DNA from: Felis catus
Taxonomy: Eukaryota
Direction of reading: 5' to 3'
Assembly: GCF_018350175.1 (NCBI RefSeq)
Contig: NC_058368.1
Location: forward strand, 174,346,001-174,410,000
DNA length: 64,000 nt
The first letter of the stretch is position 1, and every line of letters starts with the position of its first letter. Of this stretch, positions 39,477 through 50,755 are shown in pieces. The notes under the pieces are model-generated. The model was not told the DNA's origin and did not search any database. It saw nothing but the letters and a program-made list of their open reading frames with translations. Position numbers and translations under genes: made by a program.

Positions 39477-40912
39477 AGACTGACACGCCTTCACTTCCAA
39501 TTCATTCCCCTTCTTGTTTCATTTGATCCTAGTCAGATCATCAATCTTTTATCTTCTCATACCTACCACGTTCTGGGTACGAGACCCAAGCTGGACCAAA
39601 CAGAATCCTGCCCTGTGTTTATATGTAGACTCGTTCCCCTCCCTCGCCCCTATTAGAGCTACAGAGCAGGGAGAACATGGATAAGGGGCTATTGGTCAGG
39701 GCGGACTTTCTGCCAATCTACAGAAGGGAAACTAAGCTGAAAGATGCAAGGGAGACAGAGTTCAGATGACATCATTTCAGGCCTTGGAAAGCTACTCACA
39801 TACACTCTTCTTTTTCTTTTCTTTTTTAAATCACAAAATTCTTTCAAGTTAGATTTCCATTCCTGATTGATTTGGGGGAAGGGGACTCCCGGAGATGGTT
39901 GCACTCAGCTCAGATTTGAAAAAGTAGGAAAAGGAGGCAGAGGAAGGAAGTAGAAAGGAGTTGAGGATGCAGAAACAAAAAGTGTCCATTGTATCAAATA
40001 AACGGCCTTTGGAAACAGCTTCCATGGAAACTAAGATCGTAGTTTTCAGTTTTGTTGATAAGGAAGCTGAGTGCTTGGGAATTCTTGCGAGGCTTGCATC
40101 AACAAAGGTTGCAAAACCCTTGCATTTTAATGCGGACTTTGAACTGTTCAAGGCATGGCAAAAATAAAACAATGCTTAAGTCAGCAAAGAAGGGGGTACA
40201 TTTCTGAGCATAGTAGAAGTTCAGTGAGCTGGAGAAAGATCTTGCTGAGTATCTCACAAGATGACGTTTTCCTCACGGTAGAACAGGGAATTTTTAGTGA
40301 GAATCTTTTTTTTTTTTCCTTTTATGTTAACATGCTAGTGAAAACTTTAAGCTCCAGATTATATCGGCAAAGTTATTTATGATGATTAAATACATAATCG
40401 TATGAATGTGAAAAGAATGGAAAAGTTCTTGTACACACTCCATGCTATTCCCCAACGCTCTCCCTGACAGACTTTTTTTAGTAAGTTTCCTTCCAGTATT
40501 TCCTTTTCTTTTCTGACCCACCAAACTTCGGTTCATCCCTGCTTCGGCTTCTGCTTTCTGTCCATATAAGAGAAGCATGTGGCCCAGTGCTTAAGAACAC
40601 AGGCTCTGGACGCAGACCAACCTGACTTCTGGTTCCATCTCTGCCCTGATTGGTTACGAGACCCAAAACCAGTGGGGACCTTAGCTTCTCTGTCTCTAAA
40701 AACTTCGCGGTGCTGCTCTGAAAATGACCCGAGCTGATCCTCTCCTGAGAAGGAAGGACCTGGAGGCTGTGTCTCCAGCAACTCAGCAGAGCCTTATCGA
40801 AGGGAGGAAGGGCAATAATAGTAGTTGTGTGCCCACTGTGAGCTGGGCACAGAGCAGTCCTTTTCACAATGCTCTTCTCTAGTCGGCACAGAAACCCTGA
40901 GGGGTGAACTAC

Positions 40913-41012
40913 TTGTAGCGGTCAGGGTTCACGAGTCAGAACCAAAAGGATACATCTCACTTTCTTTCTGCCCCCCCTTCCTTCCTCCTTGCCTCCCTCC
41001 CTCCCTCCCTCT

Positions 41013-41059
<47 letters not shown>

Positions 41060-41146
41060 CTCTTCCTTCCTTCCTTCTTTCTTTCTTTCCTTCCTTCTTT
41101 CTCTCTCTTTATTTTTCTCTTTCTTTCTCTTCCTTCTCTCTCTTTT

Positions 41147-41186
<40 letters not shown>

Positions 41187-41440
41187 TCCTTCTTTCTCTT
41201 TTTTCGTTTCTTCCTTCCTTTCTTTCCTTCCTCCCTTCTTTCTCTCTCTCTTTTTCTTTCTCTTTCCTTCTTTCTTTCTCTTTCTTTTTCTTTTTCTTTT
41301 TCTTTTCTTTTCTTTTCTTTTCTTTCTTTCTTCCCTTCCTTCCTTCTTTGTCTCTCTTTTTCTTTTCTTTCTTTCTTTCTTTCTTTCTTTCTTTCCTTCT
41401 TTCCTTCTTTCTTTCTTTCTCTGTCTCTTTTTCTTTCTTT

Positions 41441-41475
<35 letters not shown>

Positions 41476-42160
41476 CTCTTCCTTCCTTCTCCTTTTTCTT
41501 TCTTTCCTTCCTTCTTTCTCTCTCTTTATTTTTCTCTTTCTTTCTCTTCCTTCTCTCTCTTTCTTTTTCTTCCTTCCTTTCTTTCCTTCCTTCCTTCTTT
41601 CTCTCTCTCTTTTTCTTTCTCTTTCCTTCCTTCTTTCTTTCTCTTTCTTTTTCTTTTTCTTTTTCTTTTCTTTTCTTTTCTTTCTTTCTTCCCTTCCTTC
41701 CTTCTTTGTCTCTCTTTTTCTTTTCTTTCTTTCTTTCTTTCTTTCATTCTTTCCTTCTTTCTTTCTTTCTCTGTCTCTTTTTCTTTCTTTTCTTTCTTTC
41801 TTTCTTTCATTCTTTCATTCTTTCATTCTTTCTTTCTGATGAGAGTTTCTGATAAGGAATTAGCTCACACAGCTGGGGGGAGCAGGCAAGTCTGACTTCT
41901 GTAGGGCAGGACAGCCCCAGACAGGAGTTGATGCTGCAGTCTTGAGAGACGGAACTTCTCTAGGGAAATCCGTCTTTGCTCTCAAGGCCTTCAACAATTG
42001 GATGAGGCATACCCTCATTGTGAGGGTCATCTTCTTTATGTAAAGTCACCTGCTTGTAGGTGTTAATCACATCTACAAAGCACCTTTGCAGCAGTATCTC
42101 GAATTGTGTTTTATGGAATAACTGGGTCTATAGCCTAGCCTAGTTGGCATTTTAAACCTC
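40913..42160. mobile_element. MLT2 (ERVL) LTR containing an expanded pyrimidine tract
   Basis: tgtagcggtcagggttc..cagaaccaaaaggatac before the tract; taaggaattagctcacac..caggagttgatgctgcagtcttgag..aaggccttcaac..tatagcctagc after it. Confidence 0.7.
40960..41837. repeat. Complex (TTTC/CTTC/CT)n polypyrimidine tract, about 870 bp
   Basis: Nearly purine-free on the plus strand. Confidence 0.97.
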
Positions 42161-42801
42161 ATACTTCTCTTCACCTGATTTTACAACTCCACTTCCACTC
42201 GTGCCTCTAATAATCCATTCTCTGGTCTTTTGAAAAAGTGAATCAGATCATGTCATCTCTTGTTTTAAAATCCTCAGCATCTCTCAATTTTACTAATCAT
42301 AAAATATGAACTCTCCACCATGATCTGTGGGCCCTCATGCTCTGTCTTGTCCTATTTGTCCAGTGAGACCATATGCCATCCTTCCCCTTGTCCGTGTTAA
42401 TATTGCCAAACTTGCTGAACCCTGAACAGGCCAACTTATTCCTACCTCAGGACATTTGCATATGCTGTTCTCACTGCCTAGAATGCTTTCAGGTTAAATG
42501 TTTCCTCCTCAGAGAAGCCTTCCTTGGCCACCGGAGTAGCCTCTCCTACACACACTGGAGCTCATTGTTCTTTTCCTTCCTTTCCTGTATGGTCACTATC
42601 CAAAATGACCTTGTTTATTTGTTGACTTGTTTCTTCTCTGTGTCATCTACCATCAGAGCGAGTGTTTTATCTGCCTTATTCTCCACTGAATCACTCCAGA
42701 AATTTCCCTCATGCCCTTTCTTGGTCAGTACATTCCTACTCCAAATGTAACACTATCCTGATTTCTCTTACCTACTTTCCATGATTTCCATCACTTGTTT
42801 C

Positions 42802-43026
42802 TTTTTTTTTTTTAATTTTTTTTTAACATTTATTTATTTTTGAGACAGAGAGATAGAGCATGAACGGGGGAGGGTCAGAGAGAGGGAGACACAGAATCCG
42901 AAGCAGGCTCCAGGCTCTGAGCTGTCAGCACAGAGCCCGCCACGGGGCTCGAACTCACAGAGCACGAGATCATGACCTGAGCCGAAGTCGGCCGCTTAAC
43001 TGACTGAGCCACCCAGGCACCGCCCC
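42802..43026 (-). mobile_element. Can-SINE
   Basis: TSD ccatcacttgtttct. Confidence 0.93.
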
Positions 43027-44242
43027 ATCACTTGTTTCTAACTGGTTTTGTCTGTTCTGAAACTTCATCCAAATGGAATTATACAGCAAATGCTTGTGTG
43101 TGTGTGTGTGTGTGTATGTGTGTGTGTGGCTTCTTTCACTCAATATGTTTTTGGGATTTATCCGTGTTGTTGGATTTAGTTGTAGCTAGTTTTTGCTCAT
43201 TGTGTAGAATTCTGTTTTATAAGAATTTACCACAGTTTTGGGGGAATGGACATTTACAGTGTTTCCAGTTTAGGGTCATGAAGAAAGTTGCTATGAACAT
43301 TCATATGATTAACTTCTTATGGATATAAGAACAGATTTTTTTTTTTTTTTTGCATCTAGTTCTCAATGTGCTTTGACCCATAAGCTCTGCCTCCGGGGTG
43401 ATATTTCCAAGATATGAAGCTCATGTTACACTGCAGCTGAAAGCCTGTTCTTGCCCTCCAGTTAAGTTCAACCTCCTTGGTATGGCATTCAAGGCTTTTT
43501 GACACTGACCTCAACCTCCAATCAGTTTCACCTCCTGCCTTACACCTGCTACAGGCACATCTTCCAGCTCACTGTTTCCAGAATGCCCCAAGCTGTTTTC
43601 CTCCTCCTGCCTTTGCATACACTTTGGCCGGAATAACTGTCTCCCAGAGAGTCTTGACACGTGAACAAACTGTTACACGTCCTTCAAAGCCCAGCTCGAA
43701 AGACACCTCCTCCAGGAAGCTGCCCTTCATCTGCCAGGCACTTTATTGTACTTGCCATTGGGTGCTTTAGTGTTCATCTCTGGCATTCATCATGCTTTGG
43801 TTTTAATATTGTGAAATCACTTATTTCATCACATATATTTCTGTAATCGCGGTCTGTTTCCTCTTCTTGTCTGTGAGCTGCTGGAAGGCAGACAAGGAGC
43901 TCAGAGTTGTGAAGTGACATACCTAAGGCCACGCAGCTGCTGGGACGCTAGGTCAGGTGCTCTTAACACTACAGCACACGGTGGAGTGCGGGCCAATCAC
44001 CGCGCATGAGGCTGAGACCAGGGGTTGGAGCTCAAAGGCCCTCGAGGGTCAGCTGGGTCGTGAAGGCAGCAGCGAGTATGGAGCTGAGCCCAGGGAACGT
44101 GGCAGAGTCTGCCCAATCCGGCAAATTATTGCCATGGAAATACGGGCTTTGGGGGGGGGGCTCCCTGTCTGAGAAGCCAAAAATCTGTAAAAGCTGTAGA
44201 ATTTCCTAATTGTTGAATGTTGACAACTAAGTTCTTATTTTA

Positions 44243-45348
44243 TTTATTTTTAATTTTTTAACAATTTTGTTTAAATCCAAGTTAACATTGGGGCGCCTGG
44301 GTGGCGCAGTCGGTTGAGCGTCCGACTTCAGCCAGGTCACGATCTCGCGGTCTGTGAGTTCGAGCCCCGCGTCGGGCTCTGGGCTGATGGCTCAGAGCCT
44401 GGAGCCTGTTTCCGATTCTGTGTCTCCCTCTCACTCTGCCCCTCCCCCGTTCATGCTCTGTCTCTCTCTGTCCCAAAAATAAATAAACGTTGAAAAAAAA
44501 TTAAAAAAAAAATCCAAGTTAACATAGAATGTAATAATGATTTCAGGAGTGGAATTTAGTGATTCATCACTTACATGTAACACCCACTGCTCATCGTGGG
44601 TGCCCTCCTTAATGCCTGTCATTAAGCCTTTAGCCCTTTGGCCCTTCCCCCCTCCACCTCCCCTCCTGCAACCCTCCGTTTGTTCTCTGTATTTAAGAGT
44701 CTCTTATGGTTTGTCTCCCTCTTTGTTTTTATCTTATTTTTCCTTCCCTTCCCCTATGGTCACCTGTTTTGTTGCTTAAACTCCACATATGAGTGGAATC
44801 ATATGATACTTACCTTTTTCTGCCTAATTTATTTCCCTTAGCGTAATACACTCTAGTTCCATCCGTGTTGTTGCAAATGGCAAGATTTCATTCTTTTTCA
44901 TCACCGAGTAGTATTCCGTTTTATAGGCACACCACATCTTCTTTATCCATTCATCAGCTGAGGAGCATTTGGGCTCTTTCCATAATTTGGCTATTGTTGA
45001 TAGCACGGCTATAAACATTGGGGTGAATGTGCCCCTTTGAACCACATTTTTGTAACTTGGATAAATGCCTAGTAGTTCAATTGCCAGGTCATAGGGTAGT
45101 TCTATTTTTAATTTTTTTAAGGAACCTCCATGCTGTTTTCCGGAGTGGCTGTGCCATTTTGCATTCCCCCCGGAAGTGCAAAAGCGTTCCCCTTTCTCTG
45201 CATCCTCACCAACATCTGTTGTTGCCTGGGTTGTTCATTTTAGCCATTCTGACAGGTGTGAGGTGGTATTTCATTGTGGTGTCGATTTGTATTTCCCTGA
45301 TGACGAGTGATGTTGAGCATCTTTTCATGTGTCTGTTAGCCATCTGGA
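44243..45348 (-). mobile_element. 5'-truncated carnivore L1 with a SINE nested near its tail
   Basis: Minus-strand ORF2 tail ([30 protein letters not shown]) and 3'UTR; diverged TSD tgacaactaagttcttatttta (44221-44242) / tgacgactaagttgttatttta (45349-45370). Confidence 0.88.
44290..44509 (+). mobile_element. Young SINEC_Fc nested in the L1
   Basis: TSD aaatccaagttaacat at 44273-44288 and 44510-44525. Confidence 0.95.
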
Positions 45349-46152
45349 TGACGACTAAGTTGTTATTTTAGATACGAGGTAAGACAATCAGCAGACATCT
45401 GTGGGCTGGATTAAGGCCTCTGTTCACTAATTTGCTCCTTGCACACAGAGCCTTATGGTGCTAAGCCTGCCATCTGATTTTTCTTACCATTAGGATGCTA
45501 ATCTTCTTTAGAAGGCTGAAAACAAAAATGATCAATGACTGCTTGTGGCCCAAGCACAGATTCCCCTGTAAACCAAGCGAAATCTCCTGGTTCTCCCTGA
45601 CATCCCATTCGTTTATTGGTCTGCTTGCCACATTCTCTGATGCTGCGTTGGGTCGGGGCGCAGGAAGGTGCTCTGGGCACCAGGACGAGTTAGACAGTCT
45701 TGCCGGTAAGAGGCTTCGGGTCCAGTGAGCCAGTGAGCACAACGCAGGCAGGGCCAGGTGGTCTAAGCAGCCGACCTAGAGCCCAGAGGCAGGAACAACT
45801 GGTCTGTTCTGGGCACACGTCAGGGAAGGGCTCCCGCAGAGGTGATAGGCGAACCAGGGCTTAAGCGACAAGGAAGAGAAAGTGAAGGGGCTTGAAAGGC
45901 TGTTCTCTGCAGAGGGAATAGTATGTGCAACAGTGTAGAGGCCCAACCCGTTGGGTGCAGATGAGAAAGCTGCAGCTCATGTGGGCAGTGCTGTGCATGG
46001 GGTAGGCCTGGGGTGGCAGATCTCAACAAGCAGGGGTGGGTGGAGAAGGGGCAGGCCTAGCCCTCTCCCCGCCCCCCAATGGGGGTTGTGTAGCTAGGTG
46101 ATATGCGGGAATTCTGCCTGGGAGACGGGTTGAGGTCAAAGTTGGAGGGAGT

Positions 46153-47990
46153 GGGGTCCCTGAGTGGCTCAGTCGGTTGGGCATCCGACTCTTGGTTTTG
46201 GCGCAGGTCATGATCTTATGGTTCATGGGTTCGAGTCCCGCATTGGGCTCTGCACTGACAGCACAGAACCTGCTTGGGATTCTTTGTCTCCCTTTCTATC
46301 TCTGCCCCTCCCCTACTTGTGGGCTCTCTCTCTCTCTCTCTCTCTCTAAGTAAATAAATAAAACATGAAAAGAAGAAGAAACAAAGCTGGAGGGAGTATC
46401 CTCATGGGGTTGCTTTACTGAAGAAGTTAGGAGAGAGTGGGGTCAGGGCCAGAAGTCAGGGACCAGGAGGCGTCAGCAAAGCAGAGAGGCCTGAGTAGCG
46501 AAGTGGACAAGTGGGGAACCAAGGGCATTTCTCCAGGCAGAGTACAGGCAGCATGAGATTTCACGTTGTTTTGCCCAAGTCCTATGAGGGACCTTTTAAA
46601 ACAATGACTTTCAACCCCGGCTCCAGCTTAAAATCACCTGGGAGCTTTGGAAAATTCTCATTTTTTTCCCCTATTCCTCGGACAAATTACATCAGGATCT
46701 TAAAAGGTGGGACCTGAAATCTAGATTTTTAAAAAAAAAAATGTTAATGTTTATTTTTGAGAGAGAGAGAGAGAGCACAAGCAGGGGAGGGGCAGAGAGA
46801 GAGGGAGACACAGAATCCGAAGCGGGCTCCAGGCTCTGAGCTGTCGGCACAGAGCCTGATGTGGGGCTTGAGCTCATGAACCCGAAGATCTGGGCCGAAG
46901 TCAGATGCTTAACTGACTGCGCCACCCAGGCGCCTCTGAAATCTGGATGTTAAAGCTTCAAAGTGCAGCCAGGGATGGAAACTGTTGCTCTTAACAGGAT
47001 GAACCAAACACCAAAGAACCACCAAAATCATCCTTCAATTGATTCAAAGCGGCCCTCCATTCTGGAGACACAGGGGGTCTGCCTCAGGATGTAAAGTGGT
47101 AACTGTAAAGACTTGACCTGCTGTCCCCCCCCCTCCCACCCCCCCCATTAGTAAGGCTGGATTGTGGTCAGCAGGCGAACAAGCCTTAGACTCCTGCTCC
47201 TCAAATGCGCAGACAATAATCCTAAAAGCATTCCTGTTTGGGGGTGAAAGCCCAGCGTGTGTCACATACAGAGCATCTGAAAAACACATCATGAATTGGC
47301 TCTTTGTGTAAAAATAAAGCAACACTAAGTATCTCTTGGAAGCCAATTATGTCTTTAAATAGGTCCTGGAGGCTAAACATAATGTTGATTATTCTGAGAA
47401 AGCTGACTCACTCCATTATGAGTTTTAAGGGACTGCTTCATTAGTCAAATTAATCTTAACATAATAGGGCAGAAGTGAGGAAGAAATAAGGCTTCACATT
47501 TCTTTTTGCTCCGGTGAAGTACGTGCTGTTCCATTTCTTTAACTCTTCAATGAAGAATCCATATCCTGCTTACTCTTCAGATCAGATCCGATCCATTCAT
47601 TTGTCCGACATCTACTTACTGAGCACCTGTTCTGTGCCGGAGCTAGACAGGCACCCGTGAGACTGAGCCCCTCCCTTTGTGCAGTTTACTTTCCCACTGG
47701 GGATAGGGGCACTGAGCCAATACATATGGGATTTCAGGAAGTGAATAGTGGAATGAAGAAAGCTGGTTAAGAGGACAAAACAAGGTGAGGGGCACCTGGG
47801 TGGCTCAGTCGGTTAAGTGACCGACTCTTTGATTTTGGCTCAGGTCATGATCTCACGGTTCACGGGTTCGAGCCCTACGTTGGGCTCTGCACTGATGGCA
47901 TGGAGCCTGCTCCGGATTCTCTCTCTTCTCTCTCCCTCTCTGCCCCTCCCCACTCATGCTCCCCCCCCCAAAATAAATAAACATTAAAAA
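46153..47990. mobile_element. Can-SINEs: plus 46153-46380, minus 46742-46935, plus 47789-47990
   Basis: SINE head, core and tail motifs. Confidence 0.88.
46600..46990. mobile_element. MER5A-like DNA transposon interrupted by a minus-strand SINE (about 46742-46935)
   Basis: aaatcacctgggagcttt..; gtgcagccagggatggaaactgttgc. Confidence 0.55.
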
Positions 47991-48899
47991 CAAGAGATCA
48001 AAGCAAGGTGAGGATGGGGTTGGAAATTCAGAGGGGATGTTCAAGGAAGGCTTCTCTTTGGAGGTGATGTTGGAGCAGAGACCTGAGTGAAGGGAGAGAA
48101 GGAGCCATGCAGAGGTCAGGGGAGGAGCATTCCAGACAGGTGAGGGCAAGTGAAATAGCCTTAAGACTGAACTGAATGCAGAGGCTGCAAAAATACCTTT
48201 GAGTCGATATGTGAATTTCTGAGAAGAATATTGATGAGGCAGACTCAGGGCTCCAGCTGGCACATACAGTGCCTCTGTAGGAATTATAAAAAGTCACCCT
48301 CTTTGGCAAATGAGTTGCAAAAAGCCACTCCTACCTGTGATTGAAGGAACCCCAGGTCAGCTGGCTTATATGCAGAGCCCCTGCTGGATTCTAGCTCCTC
48401 CTCATTCTCTTGAGTGGGGAGGCATATTTGTGCAGTGCACAGACTATACGACTGCACATAGCAGCCCTCACTGGGATTCATTTAAAACTGACTAACCTAA
48501 GTCGCAGGAAAGTGGCAAGACGGAATACTTTTTTTCTGGTTATTTTTTCTGGGTTTTAAAACCCTCCCCAAGAAGCCTGAAACAGTTGCAGTAGAATAGT
48601 AGTTTGAGAGTTTAGCTGGTTAGCTGATTAACTGATCTCTATCCCCAACACTCTTTGCTGTCTCCCTCACTTCTCTCCGAATGACCAGGCTGTTCTGCGT
48701 TAATTTCCTCAGTGGAAAGTTGCCACAGGGCAGAAAGGAAGTTTTTCGACTCTGATCTTCAGTAAACCTGAGCTCTTAGGGTAATGCAAAGAGGTTGAGT
48801 TGGAGACACTCTGTTTGGATTAAATATACGCTTATATTTATTCACTTTATCCCCATTCTCTGCTTTTCATTTTCCTTCCCTTGGTAGGCAACAGTTCTA

Positions 48900-49900
48900 A
48901 CATGTTACTATGTATCCCGGTAGAAAGTGTAATGTTGTTTTGGCCGCATGGTTTTTAAATGATACAAATGGTGAAATCGTGCTCTGCCGGACACCTCCTT
49001 TGGTGTCTTGCTTTGTAACTCAACACCAAGTTTGGGGGATCTGTTTACATCGTTTTGTCTGCGCCTCGTTTGTTCCTTCTACCTACGGATAAATTCTGTG
49101 GTGGAGAGCCACTCGCTATATTTTACTTATCCAGCACCCATTACAAATACCCAGGGTGCCCTCCACATCTCGGTGCCGTAAACAAATCTGTGATGAATAT
49201 CTTCTCATGTATCCAGTGATAGTCTTGCTTGATAAAGACTCTGGGAACGCGCTCAGGGGGAAGGTTTCTGTGCATACAGACATGCTCAATGTGGATGAGC
49301 ACTGCCAGAGGACCCTTCCCAGCGGCGGCAATATCGAAACACGCCGGCGGTGTGCAAAAGGGCTCCTGGTTCTCCACCTCTCACCAAGAACTGACGTCAT
49401 TCTTCTCTCTGATCTTTGCCCCTCCTGTGAGAACAAAGCACCGTGTCGTTGTTTTAATTTGTATTTCTTTAGCTGTTGATGAATTTGAAGATCTTCTTAT
49501 CCGTTTATTAACACTTGCTTGGGCATATTCTCTGCCTATTTTTTTCAAACAATTTCAAAAGCTTCCTGCTTTTGTTACTGTGCAGATATTCAGTGTCTGT
49601 TACAAACACGGCAAGTGCCTTCTCCCAGTCCGTCATCTTTCTCTTAACTCTGTGGACAGTGTGGTTTTCCGAGCAAAAATGTTTAATGTCAATGTAATTA
49701 AATCCATCAACGTGTTACCTTATGTTTTGAGCTTTTGAGGTCTTGATTTAGAAGGTGTCCCCAGATATCCTCCACTATCTAATTCTTAAGTTGTGTAGTT
49801 TTATGCTTCACATGTAGGTCTTTAATCCATCTAGGATCTACTTTTGTATATAGTGTGAGGTAGGGATTCAACTTTATTTTTCTATACATCCTTTGTATCA
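48900..49900 (-). mobile_element. Old L1M fragment
   Basis: Reverse L1M text (ttttaatttgtatttc..; tgtaggtctttaatccatctagg..ttttgtatatagtgtgaggtaggg). Confidence 0.6.
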
Positions 49901-49906
49901 TATAGG

Positions 49907-49907
<1 letters not shown>

Positions 49908-49945
<38 letters not shown>
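49908..49945. repeat. (TG)n microsatellite; another at about 43096-43128
   Basis: Direct reading of the sequence. Confidence 0.95.
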
Positions 49946-49947
<2 letters not shown>

Positions 49948-50299
49948 CACTTGAATCTGTTCACTTCATCCCACTGCTCGGAATCCTTCAGTGGCTTCCT
50001 GTCACACATGGAATAAAATCCAACCTTCTCACTTGGCTCTTGAGGTCCTTATGCTCAGGCCCAGATGTCTCCCTAGCTTCATCTCTCACCACTCTTGTCC
50101 ACTCCAGATGCTCAGGCATTGTTTCCTCAAATGTGCCAAGTTCTTTCTCACCTCAAGGTATGTGCACGGGCTATTTTGTCCTTTCTGGAAAGCTCTCCTG
50201 TCCCGCTCTTTACCTAGCAGAATCCTTCATTCAGGTCTCAGGTCCTCTGTTACTTCCTCAAAGGAGTCTTCACGGACCCACACTCTGTTAAGAAGGTGT

Positions 50300-50720
50300 G
50301 TGAGTTAGGATAGGTTGTGTTATGCTGCACTAACAGATCGCCCCCAGATCTCAGTGACTTATAGCCACAGCATGTCCATCAAGGGTCAGTTTGATCCACA
50401 ATGGCTTCACTCTGGGACAGACCGATGGACAGCCTCTACCTGGGACATTGCTGGACTTAGGGAAAAGAGAACAGAGATGATGAACCATGAGCTGGATTAA
50501 AGGAATCCGTCTGACAAAAATGCATGTCGCTTCTAGCCACATTCTAATGCTCAAAGTAAGTCATATGGACACATGCACAACAGGGTGTGGATGCTTAATG
50601 TTCCTATATGAAGGGTACCATGACTTCTATGGACAAGCCTGAAGTCAGTGAGCTGGAGAAGTAGAATCTTCTCCCAGGAAAGGGTAGGAATTATTTTGAA
50701 CGATAATATAATCTACCAAA
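50300..50720 (-). mobile_element. Old MaLR LTR (MLT1J-like)
   Basis: gttaggataggttgtgttatgctgcactaaca..ccccagatctcagtgactta, typical reverse MLT1J end. Confidence 0.55.
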
Positions 50721-50755
50721 AAGGTTGTTCCCAGCCTATATTCTTATTTCCTCCT

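Noticed and set aside
40825..41895. 356-aa and 287-aa F/S/L-rich ORFs
   Set aside because: Translation of a pyrimidine microsatellite that cannot contain stop codons.
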